Positions 1-8,025 of a stretch of DNA of 64,000 bases are shown here, piece after piece; the first letter of the stretch is position 1, and every line of letters starts with the position of its first letter. Source of the stretch: Candidatus Calidihabitans tengchongensis (GTDB lineage: Bacteria > Sysuimicrobiota > Sysuimicrobiia > Sysuimicrobiales > Kaftiobacteriaceae); assembly GCA_031459615.1 (NCBI GenBank), contig JAVKIE010000004.1, positions 76,955 through 140,954 on the forward strand, read 5' to 3'. Below the pieces are notes generated by a model. That model did no database searches. It had not been told where the DNA came from and was given only the letters and a program-made list of their open reading frames with translations. A program made the translations under genes and the position numbers.

Positions 1-274
1 GCCAGGGTTGTCCCCACCAGGACCCGGCGCAGGCTCTGGGCGATGTGGTCGGCCAGGTCGCCGGTGCGCACCTGCTGCACCAGCGCCGCGGCCACGTCGG
101 CGGGGGCGGGGAACACCCGCAGGGGAATCCCGGCCAGGCGCACCGTCAGATGCCACGCCAGGACCAGCGCGGCGAAGGGGGCGGCGAACCACAGCGCCGC
201 CCCCAGCCATCGCCGCGCCGGCGACCCCACGCGCGCCCGGCCCGCATCCGGGCCGGCTCCGGCCTGCCGGGTCA
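1..274 (-). CDS. ABC transporter permease (NitT/TauT-type), 5'-partial in window: N-terminus present, gene continues past window start
   Basis: Reverse-strand translation from ATG at 272-274 gives MTRQAGAGPDAGRARVGSPARRWLGAALWFAAPFAALVLAWHLTVRLAGIPLRVFPAPADVAAALVQQVRTGDLADHIAQSLRRVLVG, a typical TM1 plus 'LPSP...HxxxSL.R' start of SsuC/TauC-like permeases. Begins 2 nt after the stop of the upstream SBP gene. Confidence 0.6.
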
Positions 275-276
275 TC

Positions 277-1356
277 CTACGGGCACGTTCCCCGGAACAC
301 GAACCCCGGCCCCACCTGCGCGTTCCGCGGAATGGGCGGCAGGTCGTCGAACAGCTGCGGGTGGTTGCGCATCACGTTCAGGATGGGCCCGGGCATGAAC
401 ACCCGGTTCACATCGAATGTCCCCGGGATGAACCCCAGCCGGTGCAGGGTCTGCACGCCATTGTGCAGCGCCAGGTAGTTGTAGCAGGAGATGCGGATGT
501 CGATGGTGGGCAGGTTGTTGCGCACCCCCTGCAGGGCCACCTCGGGCCGCAGCCCCGGCAGCCAGCGCACGGCGATGATGGCGGTCTGCACCGGGTTGGC
601 CCGCATGAACTTGTCCGCCTCCGCCCGGGCGGCCAGGAAGCGCTCGATGGTCTCCTGGTTGCGCTCGGCCCACCCGCGCAGGGCCACGTTGAACCCCATG
701 AAGCCGATGAAGCCTCCGCCCCGCACCACCTCATAGGTGTCGGGAATCTCCCGCAGGGCGATCACCGGCCAGGGATCCCAGGTGGCGAAGGCGTCCACCG
801 CCCCGCCCCGCAGGGCCACCGGCATCTCCTGGGGCGGGGTGTTGACCAGGGTCAGGTCGCGGACGGTGAGCCCGGCCTTCTCCAGGATGCCCAGAATGTA
901 CAGGTGGCTGATGGTCCCGAAGGAGACCGCCACCCGCCTGCCGCGCAGATCCTGGATGGTCCGGATGCCGCTGCCCTTGCGGGTGACCAGGGCCATGGTG
1001 TTGTCCCCGCCCAGCCGGACCGCCGAACCGGAGTAATTGCCCACGATCACCAGGTCCATACCCCGCAGGACGGCCCCGATCATGGGGACGCCCACCTGCC
1101 CCATCTGGATCTCCCCCGCCTGGAGGGCGTTGAGCTGATCCACGCCGGTGGGGTAGGGGGTGGCAATGGTCACATCCAGCCCCCACTTTTCAAACAGGCC
1201 CCGGTCCAGGGCCACCGGGACGCCGAGCTGGTCGATGGCCGCCACGATCCCCACCTTCAGGGGAATCAGGGCCGGTCCGGCGCGGCTGGTGGTCACCCCC
1301 CATCCCGCCAGGACCAGCACCACGGCGGCCGCCAGGACTGCTGGCTTGCTGCGCAT
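277..1356 (-). CDS. ABC transporter substrate-binding protein, NMT1/THI5-like (SsuA/TauA/NitT family)
   Basis: 359-aa C-terminal part of the 277..2226 ORF, starting at MRSKPAVLAAAVVLVLAGW (signal peptide). NMT1-like fold motifs are present. The ATG overlaps the kinase stop by 1 nt. Confidence 0.75.
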   Translation of the reverse strand: MRSKPAVLAAAVVLVLAGWGVTTSRAGPALIPLKVGIVAAIDQLGVPVALDRGLFEKWGLDVTIATPYPTGVDQLNALQAGEIQMGQVGVPMIGAVLRGMDLVIVGNYSGSAVRLGGDNTMALVTRKGSGIRTIQDLRGRRVAVSFGTISHLYILGILEKAGLTVRDLTLVNTPPQEMPVALRGGAVDAFATWDPWPVIALREIPDTYEVVRGGGFIGFMGFNVALRGWAERNQETIERFLAARAEADKFMRANPVQTAIIAVRWLPGLRPEVALQGVRNNLPTIDIRISCYNYLALHNGVQTLHRLGFIPGTFDVNRVFMPGPILNVMRNHPQLFDDLPPIPRNAQVGPGFVFRGTCP

Positions 1357-2318
1357 CACCGTGTCCCTCCTTTCGTCCGGGAATCGCCATGCTGCACCAT
1401 GAACCGTTCCACCTCGGCGCGGGTGGGCAGGGGAGCGACGGCCCCCAGGCCCGCCGCCGTCAGGGCGCCCACCGCCGTGGCCAGGCGCGCGGCCTCCGGC
1501 GGCGGGACCCCCCGCAGCCACTCCACCAGGAAGCCGGCGTCGAAGGCGTCGCCTGCCCCCGTGGCGTCCACCACCTCCACCGGCCAGCTGGGCACCGCCC
1601 AGCGCTCGCCGCCGGCGGTGATCACCAGGCACCCGGCCGCGCCCCTCTTCAGGATCACCAGGCGCGGTCCGCGGCCGCACAGGTCCTCGGCCACCGCCTC
1701 CGCCGGTCGGGTGTCGTCCAGATGGCCGGCGTCCTCCTCGCTGAGAAACACGATGTCTGCCCGGGGAAGGGCTTCCGCCACCAGGGTCCGCAGGTGAGGC
1801 ACCGGAGCCAGCCGCGGCCGCAGGTTCAGGTCGTAGCTGACCCGGACGCCGGCGCCGCGCGCGATCTCCATGGCGGCGGCCGCCGTGTCCCGGGCGGAGG
1901 GCGAGATGGCCTGGGTGATGCCGCTGGTGTGCACGACCCGCGCCCGCCTCAGGTAGTCGCGATCGAGGTCGCCCGGCGTCAGCCGGCTGGCCGCCGACCC
2001 CGCGCGGTAGTAGGTGAAGCTGTGGCCGCCCGCGTAGCGGGCGATGAAGTACACGCCGGTGGACGCCTCCCGGTCCACCACCACCCGGGAGGCGTCCACC
2101 CCCTCCTGGGCCCACAGGCGCAGGAATGACCGGCCGAAGGCGTCGTCTCCCACCCGCGTGATGTACCCCGCCGACGCGCCGAGTCGGGCGGCCGCGACGA
2201 CCACATTCGAGGTGTCGCCTCCCCACCCGCGCCGGAAGGTGTACACCTCGTCCAGGGCGCCGAAGTCGACGGCGGCGAACTCGGCCATGGGCTCTCCCAG
2301 GGCGACGATGTCCGGCAT
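1356..2318 (-). CDS. PfkB-family carbohydrate kinase (2-dehydro-3-deoxygluconokinase-like)
   Basis: ORF 1356..2342. Start taken at MPDIVALGEPMAEF. A PfkB signature GAGD.F is present near the C-terminus (DATGAGDAFDAGFL). Confidence 0.75.
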   Translation of the reverse strand: MPDIVALGEPMAEFAAVDFGALDEVYTFRRGWGGDTSNVVVAAARLGASAGYITRVGDDAFGRSFLRLWAQEGVDASRVVVDREASTGVYFIARYAGGHSFTYYRAGSAASRLTPGDLDRDYLRRARVVHTSGITQAISPSARDTAAAAMEIARGAGVRVSYDLNLRPRLAPVPHLRTLVAEALPRADIVFLSEEDAGHLDDTRPAEAVAEDLCGRGPRLVILKRGAAGCLVITAGGERWAVPSWPVEVVDATGAGDAFDAGFLVEWLRGVPPPEAARLATAVGALTAAGLGAVAPLPTRAEVERFMVQHGDSRTKGGTR

Positions 2319-2391
2319 GGTGCCTCTCCCGCTCGGCCCCAAACCCCCGGAGGCGATCCCGACCGGCCCCGCCCCGGACGGGAGCGACGTC

Positions 2392-3084
2392 CTAGATCCG
2401 GGCGAACTCCTCCACCGCCCGCCGGATGCTGCCCACCTCGCGGATGCGCTGGGCCACGGCCCGCTCGGCCTGCTCGATCTGCTCGGCGGCGGCCAGCACC
2501 TCCGCGGCCGCCTCCCGGGGCACGACCACGACGCCGTCGCCGTCCCCCACGACGATGTCCCCGGGGTGGACCGGGACGCCCCCGCACACCACCGGGATGT
2601 CGCGGGCGACGGTGGCGTAGCGGCCCACGGTGGTGGAGGGCACCACCGAGCGGGCGAAGACCGCCAGCCCCTCGCGCCGGATCTCCTCGGCGTCGCGCAC
2701 TCCGCCGTCCAGGACCACTCCGCCCAGTCCCCGGGTGACCGCGGCCACGGTCATCAGCCCGCCCCACAGGGCCACGTCCCGGGCGGCCTCCGGATCGTCG
2801 GTGGCGATGACGATGATGGAGCCCGGGGGGGCCTCGTCGATGGCGTCCAGGGCGTGACGGGGAGGGTGGGCCTCCAGGCTGCGGCGCTCCAGCACCGTCA
2901 CGGCCGGCCCCACGATCCGGACCGGCGCCAGGGGCTTGATCTCCGCGGCCATGAAGCCGCGGCGCCGGATGACCCGGTCCACGGCGTCCGCCACCGAGGC
3001 CGTGGTCACGGCCAGCCACCGATCCCTCACAGCCCGATCCAGGGGGTCAATCACGGCAGGCCTCCTTTCTGCGCGCCGGACCAT
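2392..3084 (-). CDS. RraA-family protein (4-hydroxy-4-methyl-2-oxoglutarate aldolase / oxaloacetate decarboxylase-like)
   Basis: C-terminal 230 aa of the 2392..4356 ORF: ...TASVADAVDRV...GFMAAEIKPL...GPAVTV...DGGVRD... matches RraA/MenG-like family motifs. The start is uncertain: MVRRAERR overlaps the IclR gene by 34 nt, so a downstream GTG is possible. Confidence 0.65.
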   Translation of the reverse strand: MVRRAERRPAVIDPLDRAVRDRWLAVTTASVADAVDRVIRRRGFMAAEIKPLAPVRIVGPAVTVLERRSLEAHPPRHALDAIDEAPPGSIIVIATDDPEAARDVALWGGLMTVAAVTRGLGGVVLDGGVRDAEEIRREGLAVFARSVVPSTTVGRYATVARDIPVVCGGVPVHPGDIVVGDGDGVVVVPREAAAEVLAAAEQIEQAERAVAQRIREVGSIRRAVEEFARI

Positions 3085-3881
3085 CCCAGGACCCGGGAGA
3101 TGCGGGCCGCCGTCTCGCGGACCCGGGGCCCCAGCTCCTCGCGGGCCCGGCGCAGGCTGATGGTGCTGACCGAACCGGAAATGCTCACCGCCCCGGCGAC
3201 CCGACCCCGGTGGTCGAAGATGGGCGCGCCCACGCACCGGATGCCGTCTTCGTTCTCCACGTTGTCCACGGCGAATCCCCGGGCGCGCACCGCCGCCAGT
3301 TCCCGCTGCAGGCGCGCCAGGGTGGTGATGGTGCGGGGGGTCCGGCGGGGCAGTCCGCGCTGGGCGACGATCTCCCGGACCGCGCGGGGGTCCGACCAGG
3401 CCAGCATGGCCTTGCCCAGGGCAGTGCTGTGGGCGGGCATGATGGCGCCGATGGTGGACGCCATGCGCAGGGGGCGGGGCGGTTCCACCTTGTCGATGTA
3501 CACCACGTGGCCCTGCTCCAGGACGCCCAGGTGGACGGTCTCGCCCACCTGCCGGCACAGGTCCATCAGGTAGGGGCGGCCCGCCGCCCGCAGTTCCAGC
3601 TGGGCCAGGCGCTGGCCGGCCAGCCACAGCACCCGGTGCCCCACGGCCACGGTTCCGTCCTGGATCACCACCGCGCCGTGGCGGGCGAGGGCGTCTACCA
3701 GGCGGTAGACGGTCGGTCGGGGCAGGCCCGTCCGGCGGGCCAGGTCCCGGACCGTGAGGGGCTGCCCGGCCTCGCCGAGGGACGCGAGAAGGGCCCACGC
3801 CCGATCGATGCTCTTGACGCCGGTCCCCGTCGGTGTGTCCACGATGCGGACTTTCTGTCCCCAACGTAAGACAGGCAGCAA
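3051..3881 (-). CDS. IclR-family transcriptional regulator
   Basis: 276-aa ORF with an N-terminal wHTH (IDRAWALLASLGEAGQPLTVRDLARRTGLPRPTVYRLVDAL) and a C-terminal IclR effector domain. It is the first gene of the minus-strand operon and the likely regulator of the kinase/aldolase/ABC genes. Confidence 0.8.
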   Translation of the reverse strand: MLPVLRWGQKVRIVDTPTGTGVKSIDRAWALLASLGEAGQPLTVRDLARRTGLPRPTVYRLVDALARHGAVVIQDGTVAVGHRVLWLAGQRLAQLELRAAGRPYLMDLCRQVGETVHLGVLEQGHVVYIDKVEPPRPLRMASTIGAIMPAHSTALGKAMLAWSDPRAVREIVAQRGLPRRTPRTITTLARLQRELAAVRARGFAVDNVENEDGIRCVGAPIFDHRGRVAGAVSISGSVSTISLRRAREELGPRVRETAARISRVLGWSGAQKGGLP

Positions 3882-3988
3882 CCCCCAGTATAGCGGAAGG
3901 CCCCCGCCGCCGCCAGAGGCGTCCCCGCGGGCGCCGGCCGGGTCTAGCGGGCCGTCCCGCGGGCAGGGGAGCCTCAGGTGGATTGAGC

Positions 3989-4859
3989 GTGGCTGTGCTC
4001 TCCTCGCGTCCGCCCGATCGGAGCTCCGGGCCCGGCATCCTCGCCCGGTTGAGGAGCGGGCTCGGGCACACTCCGGCCGATCTCTGGGTGGGGGCGGCGG
4101 AAGACCCCCCGCTGGCCCAGCGGGCTGTGGCGCGCCTGACGCCCGGCGTGACCGCGGGGGTGGTGCTGACTGTCCTGGTGGCCCGCGCCCTGGGCATGCC
4201 GGCGCCTGCGTCGCTGGTGGTAGGGCTGGGGGCCGCTCTGGTGGCGGCGGCCTGGGTCGAGCGGGCCGCCCTGGACCACGGGATCCTGCCCCGGTGGCTC
4301 CCCGTGGCCCACGTGGTCACCGCCGTCGTCCTCGTCACCATCGGCGTCCAGGCCACCGGCGGCGTGCGGGGGCCCTTCGTGTGGGCCTACAGCGTGGCGG
4401 CGGTCGTGGAGGCCATGCTGCGGGGATTGAGGTGGGGGATGGCGGTGGCCACCCTGTGCAGCGCGTTCCTGGTCGCGGGCGCCGCCCTCGGGCAGCCCGG
4501 GTGGTTCGCGTCGGTGCGGGTGACGGCCGACGCGCCCGTGGGGGCCTACCTGGTCAGCTACATCGGGCTGTTCTACACGATCGTGCTGGTGGCCGCCGCC
4601 CTGCGGGTGCAGGTCCTGGAGATCGCCCGCCTGGCGCGGACCGACAGCCTCACCGGCCTGGGGAACCTCCGGGCCCTGCGCCAGGTCCTGGAACGGGAAC
4701 AGGCGGCCGCGCCTGAGGCGCCCCTCAGCCTGCTGATGGTGGAACTGGACGGGTTCAAGGCCGTCAACGACCGCTGCGGGCCTGCTGGGTGCCGCCGATC
4801 GCGCCATGTATCAGGCCAAGGCCGCTGGCGGCGACCGCGTGGTCCCGACACCGGTGTGA
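3989..4859 (+). pseudogene. Membrane-anchored GGDEF diguanylate cyclase remnant, disrupted by an internal out-of-frame deletion that removes the catalytic core
   Basis: Frame A carries about 5 TM helices and the start of a GGDEF domain (RTDSLTGLGNLRAL...LLMVELDGFKAVNDRCG). It then runs into nonsense. From 4782 onward, frame +1 encodes only the extreme C-terminus of a GGDEF domain (LLGAADRAMYQAKAAGGDRVV*, stop at 4857-4859). The roughly 100 aa between, including the GG(D/E)EF motif, are absent. Compare the intact paralog at 29691..31244. Confidence 0.6.
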
Positions 4860-4881
4860 CGCCTGCGCCGGGCCGGCGCGC

Positions 4882-4910
4882 TTGACGGGGACCCGCCCGC
4901 GTGGTACTGT
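4882..4910 (+). promoter_or_regulatory. Putative sigma-A promoter of the zur-znu operon
   Basis: TTGACG at 4882-4887, a 17-nt spacer, then TACTGT at 4905-4910. Immediately followed by an inverted repeat GTTGCG-N17-CGCAAC (4926-4954) containing GAATCATTC, a candidate Fur/Zur-type operator. Confidence 0.4.
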
Positions 4911-4975
4911 GCCCCCTGCCGGCGTGTTGCGAATCATTCTCATGTAGCCGCAACGGAGGGCCCGGATCCAGACCC

Positions 4976-5416
4976 ATGGCTGCGGCGCGGATACCGGTCG
5001 AGTGCGCGGCATCGTTGGCCCGGCTGCGGGCGATGGGACGGCGGCTGACCCGCCAGCGGGAGGCGGTGGTGCGGGCCCTGGCTGGCCTGGGATGCGCCGC
5101 CGATGCCGCCGCCGTCCACCGGCGCGCCCGCCGGTATCATCCCCGGCTGGCCCTGGCCACGGTGTACCGGACGCTGCAGGCGTTGGCGGGGGCGGGCGTG
5201 GCGCGGGTGGTGCACATCGGGGACGGGCGGACCCGCTACGAGCTGGCCGGTCACCACCACCACCTCATATGCATCCTCTGCGGCAGGGTCGAGCGGCTGG
5301 ACGCCTGCCCGGTGCGGCGGGCGCACCGCCTGGCCGCCGGGCGGGGGTTTGTGGTGCAGGAGCACCGCCTGGACCTGTTCGGCCGGTGCGCCCGCTGCCT
5401 GCGCCCGGCGCGGTGA
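4976..5416 (+). CDS. zur: Fur-family metalloregulator, probably zinc uptake regulator Zur
   Basis: 146 aa from MAAARIPVE... Contains an HHHxxxC and a second Cys pair. It is directly followed by znuACB. The alternative GTG at 4901 would add 25 non-conserved residues. Confidence 0.7.
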   Translation: MAAARIPVECAASLARLRAMGRRLTRQREAVVRALAGLGCAADAAAVHRRARRYHPRLALATVYRTLQALAGAGVARVVHIGDGRTRYELAGHHHHLICILCGRVERLDACPVRRAHRLAAGRGFVVQEHRLDLFGRCARCLRPAR

Positions 5417-6291
5417 GGCGGGTGGCCGCCGGGGTTCTGCTGGCGGGGGCGCTGGCGGGGTGCGCGCGGCCCCAGGCGGCGCCGGGCCGGGTGGTCGTGG
5501 TCGCGTCCTCGTACCCCCTGTACGAGTTCGCCCGGCAGATCGCCGCGGACCGGGCGGAGGTCCTGGTGCTGGTGCCCCCCGGGGTCGCGCCGCACGACTA
5601 CGAGCCCACGCCCCGGGACGTGGTCCGCCTGCGCAGCGCGAAGGTGGTCATCGTCAACGGGCGCGGCCTGGAGCCCTGGGCCGACAGGCTGCTGGCGGAC
5701 CTGCCGGCGGTGCGGGTGGTGGCCGCGGAAGCGGCGGCTCCGGTGCTGACAGGCGCGGGGCTGGAGGCAGACCCGCACCTGTGGCTGGATCCGGTGGCCG
5801 CCGAGGCCGTGGCGGCGGCCGTGGCGGCGGCCCTGGCGCGCGCCGACCCGGCGGGAGAACCGGTCTACCGCCAGGCCGAGGCCCGGCTGCGGCAGGAGCT
5901 GCGGTCCCTCCACCGGGCCTATCGGGACGGGCTGGCGTCCTGCCGGCACAGGGAATTCCTTGCCGCCCACGCAGCGTTCGGATATCTGGCCGCCCGCTAC
6001 GGGCTGGTGCAGATCGCCATCAGCGGGCCGACGGCGGAGGCCGAGCCCAGCCCCGCCCGAATGGCCTCCCTGGCGGCTCTGGCCCGCGCCCGGGGCCTCC
6101 GGGTGATCTTCGCCGACCCGCGGCGCAGCCGGAAGGCCGCGGACGTCCTGGCCCGGGAGGTGGGGGCCCGGGTGCTGCCGCTGTCGGATCTGGAGACGGT
6201 GAGCGAGGCAGACCTGCGGCGGGGACGGTCGTACGTCGCCGCGATGTACGAGAACCTGCGATCTCTTCGGGAGGGGTTGGGGTGCCGCTAG
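5413..6291 (+). CDS. znuA: Metal (zinc) ABC transporter substrate-binding lipoprotein, ZnuA/TroA family
   Basis: A GTG at 5413 overlaps the zur stop (GTGA). There is a lipoprotein signal VAAGVLLAGALAGC. TroA-fold motifs are present (YPLYEFARQIA, PHDYEPTPRD, DPHLWLDP). The start could instead be the GTG at 5422. Confidence 0.8.
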   Translation: MRRVAAGVLLAGALAGCARPQAAPGRVVVVASSYPLYEFARQIAADRAEVLVLVPPGVAPHDYEPTPRDVVRLRSAKVVIVNGRGLEPWADRLLADLPAVRVVAAEAAAPVLTGAGLEADPHLWLDPVAAEAVAAAVAAALARADPAGEPVYRQAEARLRQELRSLHRAYRDGLASCRHREFLAAHAAFGYLAARYGLVQIAISGPTAEAEPSPARMASLAALARARGLRVIFADPRRSRKAADVLAREVGARVLPLSDLETVSEADLRRGRSYVAAMYENLRSLREGLGCR

Positions 6292-6314
6292 GGCGCCCCG
6301 CGGAGCGCGCGGCC

Positions 6315-7100
6315 ATGGAGCATCCCGTCGGTCCACCTTCCAGACGGCCCGCCGGGTCCCCCGTGGCCGAACTGGAGCACGTCTGCGTGGATGCCGGCGG
6401 GGAGCGGATCCTGGACGAAGTCTCCCTGCGTATCGAGCGGGGAGATTTCGTGGGCATCATCGGACCCAACGGGGCGGGCAAGACGACGCTGTTGCGGGTC
6501 CTGGTGGGGCTGGTGCGCCCGACCTGCGGGCACGTGAGGTTGTTCGGCACCGACCTGGCGGCATTCCGTCAGTGGCATCGGGTCGGGTACGTGCCCCAGC
6601 AGCCCGCGGCCGTGGACACCCGGTTTCCGGCCACCGTGCTGGAGGTGGTGCTGAGCGGGCGCACGGGGGTGCGGGGCCTGGGCCGCCCCTGGACGCCCGC
6701 CGACAGGGCGGCGGCCCTCCACGCCCTGGAGGTGGTGGGCGTCGACGACCTGCGGGACCGGCCCATCGGGCGGCTGTCGGCCGGACAGCTGCAGAGGGTC
6801 CTGATCGCCCGCGCTCTGGCCAGCCGGCCCGAGCTGCTCCTGCTGGATGAGCCCACGGTGGGGGTGGACCTGGACGCCCAGGACCAGTTCTACGCCCTGC
6901 TGCGACGGTTGAACCGGGAGATGGGCACCACCCTGGTCCTGGTCTCCCACGACGTGAGCGTGGTGGCCGCGGAGGTCACCCACCTGGCCTGTCTCAACCG
7001 CCGCCTGGTGTTCCACGGATCACCCCGCGACGCCATGGCATCGGGGGCCCTGGCCGCCCTGTATCGCGCCGACAGCCTGGTAGTGGCCCACCGGCACTGA
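6315..7100 (+). CDS. znuC: Zinc ABC transporter ATP-binding protein
   Basis: Walker A GPNGAGKTT, signature LSAGQLQRV and Walker B LLLLDEP are present. 261 aa. Confidence 0.85.
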   Translation: MEHPVGPPSRRPAGSPVAELEHVCVDAGGERILDEVSLRIERGDFVGIIGPNGAGKTTLLRVLVGLVRPTCGHVRLFGTDLAAFRQWHRVGYVPQQPAAVDTRFPATVLEVVLSGRTGVRGLGRPWTPADRAAALHALEVVGVDDLRDRPIGRLSAGQLQRVLIARALASRPELLLLDEPTVGVDLDAQDQFYALLRRLNREMGTTLVLVSHDVSVVAAEVTHLACLNRRLVFHGSPRDAMASGALAALYRADSLVVAHRH

Positions 7101-7117
7101 GTCAGGAGAAGACGTCC

Positions 7118-7915
7118 GTGGTGCCCGAGATCCTCCAGTACGACTTCATGCGGCGGGCGCTGCTGGCCGGCCTGATGATCGGGACCGTCGGGCCGATCAT
7201 CGGCGTGTTCCTGGTCCTGCGCCGCCTCAGCCTGATTGCCGACACCCTGGCCCACGTGGCGCTGGCCGGGGTGGCCCTGGGGCTGGTGACCGGGGCGCCC
7301 CCCGGCGCGGCGGCCCTGGCCGTCTCGGTGGTGGGGGCGGTGGGGGTGGAACGCCTCCGGGCATCGGGTCGGCTGTACGGGGAAGCGGCCCTGGCCCTGT
7401 ACCTGTCCGGAGGCCTGGCGGTGGCGGTCGTCCTGCTGGGGCTGGGCCGGGGTCTGACGGTGGACCTCTTCGCCTACCTGTTCGGGTCCATCACCGCCGT
7501 GCAGCCGGCCGACCTGTGGGCCATTCTGGTCCTGGGGATTCTGGTCCTGGGGGCGGTGGCCGGGCTGTACAAGGATCTGTTCGCCGTGACGTTCGACGAG
7601 GAGAGCGCCCGGGTGCAGGGCGTGCCGGTGGACGCCCTGAACCTGCTGCTGACAGTGCTGGTGGCCGTGACGGTCGTGGTGGCGATGCGCGTGGTGGGGG
7701 TCCTGCTGACCAGCGCGCTGGTGGTCATCCCCGCCGTGACCGCCCTGCGTCTGGCCCGGGCCTTCCGGGCTGCGCTGCTGCTGGCGGTCGCCGTGGCGCT
7801 GGCGGCCGTGGTGGGCGGGATGGCCGCCGCGTTTTACCTGGATCTGCCCGCCGGGGGAGCCATCGTCCTGGCGGCGCTGGCGTTGTTCGCCGTCACTTCG
7901 GCGTGGAAGCGTTGA
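7118..7915 (+). CDS. znuB: Zinc ABC transporter permease (ABC-3 family)
   Basis: 265-aa polytopic membrane protein, MVPEILQYDFMRRALLAGLMIG... typical of ZnuB/MntB. The stop lies inside the first GCGTTGAAGG repeat. Confidence 0.85.
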   Translation: MVPEILQYDFMRRALLAGLMIGTVGPIIGVFLVLRRLSLIADTLAHVALAGVALGLVTGAPPGAAALAVSVVGAVGVERLRASGRLYGEAALALYLSGGLAVAVVLLGLGRGLTVDLFAYLFGSITAVQPADLWAILVLGILVLGAVAGLYKDLFAVTFDEESARVQGVPVDALNLLLTVLVAVTVVVAMRVVGVLLTSALVVIPAVTALRLARAFRAALLLAVAVALAAVVGGMAAAFYLDLPAGGAIVLAALALFAVTSAWKR

Positions 7916-7975
7916 AGGGTCAGGGCGTTGGCACGTCGGAGCGTTGGAACCGCTGGAACGTCGGACGGTGAGCCC
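7905..7975. repeat. Intergenic GCGTTGAAGG-family repeat, copy 1 (with internal GCGTTGG direct repeats)
   Basis: gcgtggaaGCGTTGAAGGgtcagggcgttggcacgtcggagcgttggaaccgctggaacgtcgg. Shares the GCGTTGAAGG core with copies at 15122 and 18796. Overlaps the znuB stop. Confidence 0.5.
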
Positions 7976-7980
7976 GCCCC

Positions 7981-8025
7981 CGATCCCGGATTCTGATCCC
8001 TGATCTCTGATCCCGGATCCCGTCA
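7981..8025. repeat. GATC-rich low-GC palindromic repeat, copy A
   Basis: cGATCCCGGATtCTGATCCCTGATCtCTGATCCCGGATCCcg shares CTGATCCCTGATC and GATCCCGGATC with 45535-45640. Confidence 0.5.

Noticed and set aside
43-1797. 584-aa plus-strand ORF (and many similar ones: 9021..10031 -, 15284..18811 +, 47142..50429 -, 61355..63613 -, 61519..63459 +) overlapping real genes on the opposite strand or in another frame
   Set aside because: Products are Gly/Arg/Pro/His/Gln-rich low-complexity strings with no domain signatures. They mirror well-supported genes (SBP/kinase, LigD, ilvB/ilvN/ilvC, copA). These are typical shadow ORFs in about 72 % GC DNA where stop codons are rare.
4901-4975. Longer Fur-family regulator starting at GTG 4901 (171 aa)
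   Set aside because: The extra 25 N-terminal residues (VLCPLPACCESFSCSRNGGPGSRP) are not Fur-like, and the GTG start lies inside the predicted -10 element (4905-4910). The ATG at 4976 gives a canonical 146-aa Fur protein.
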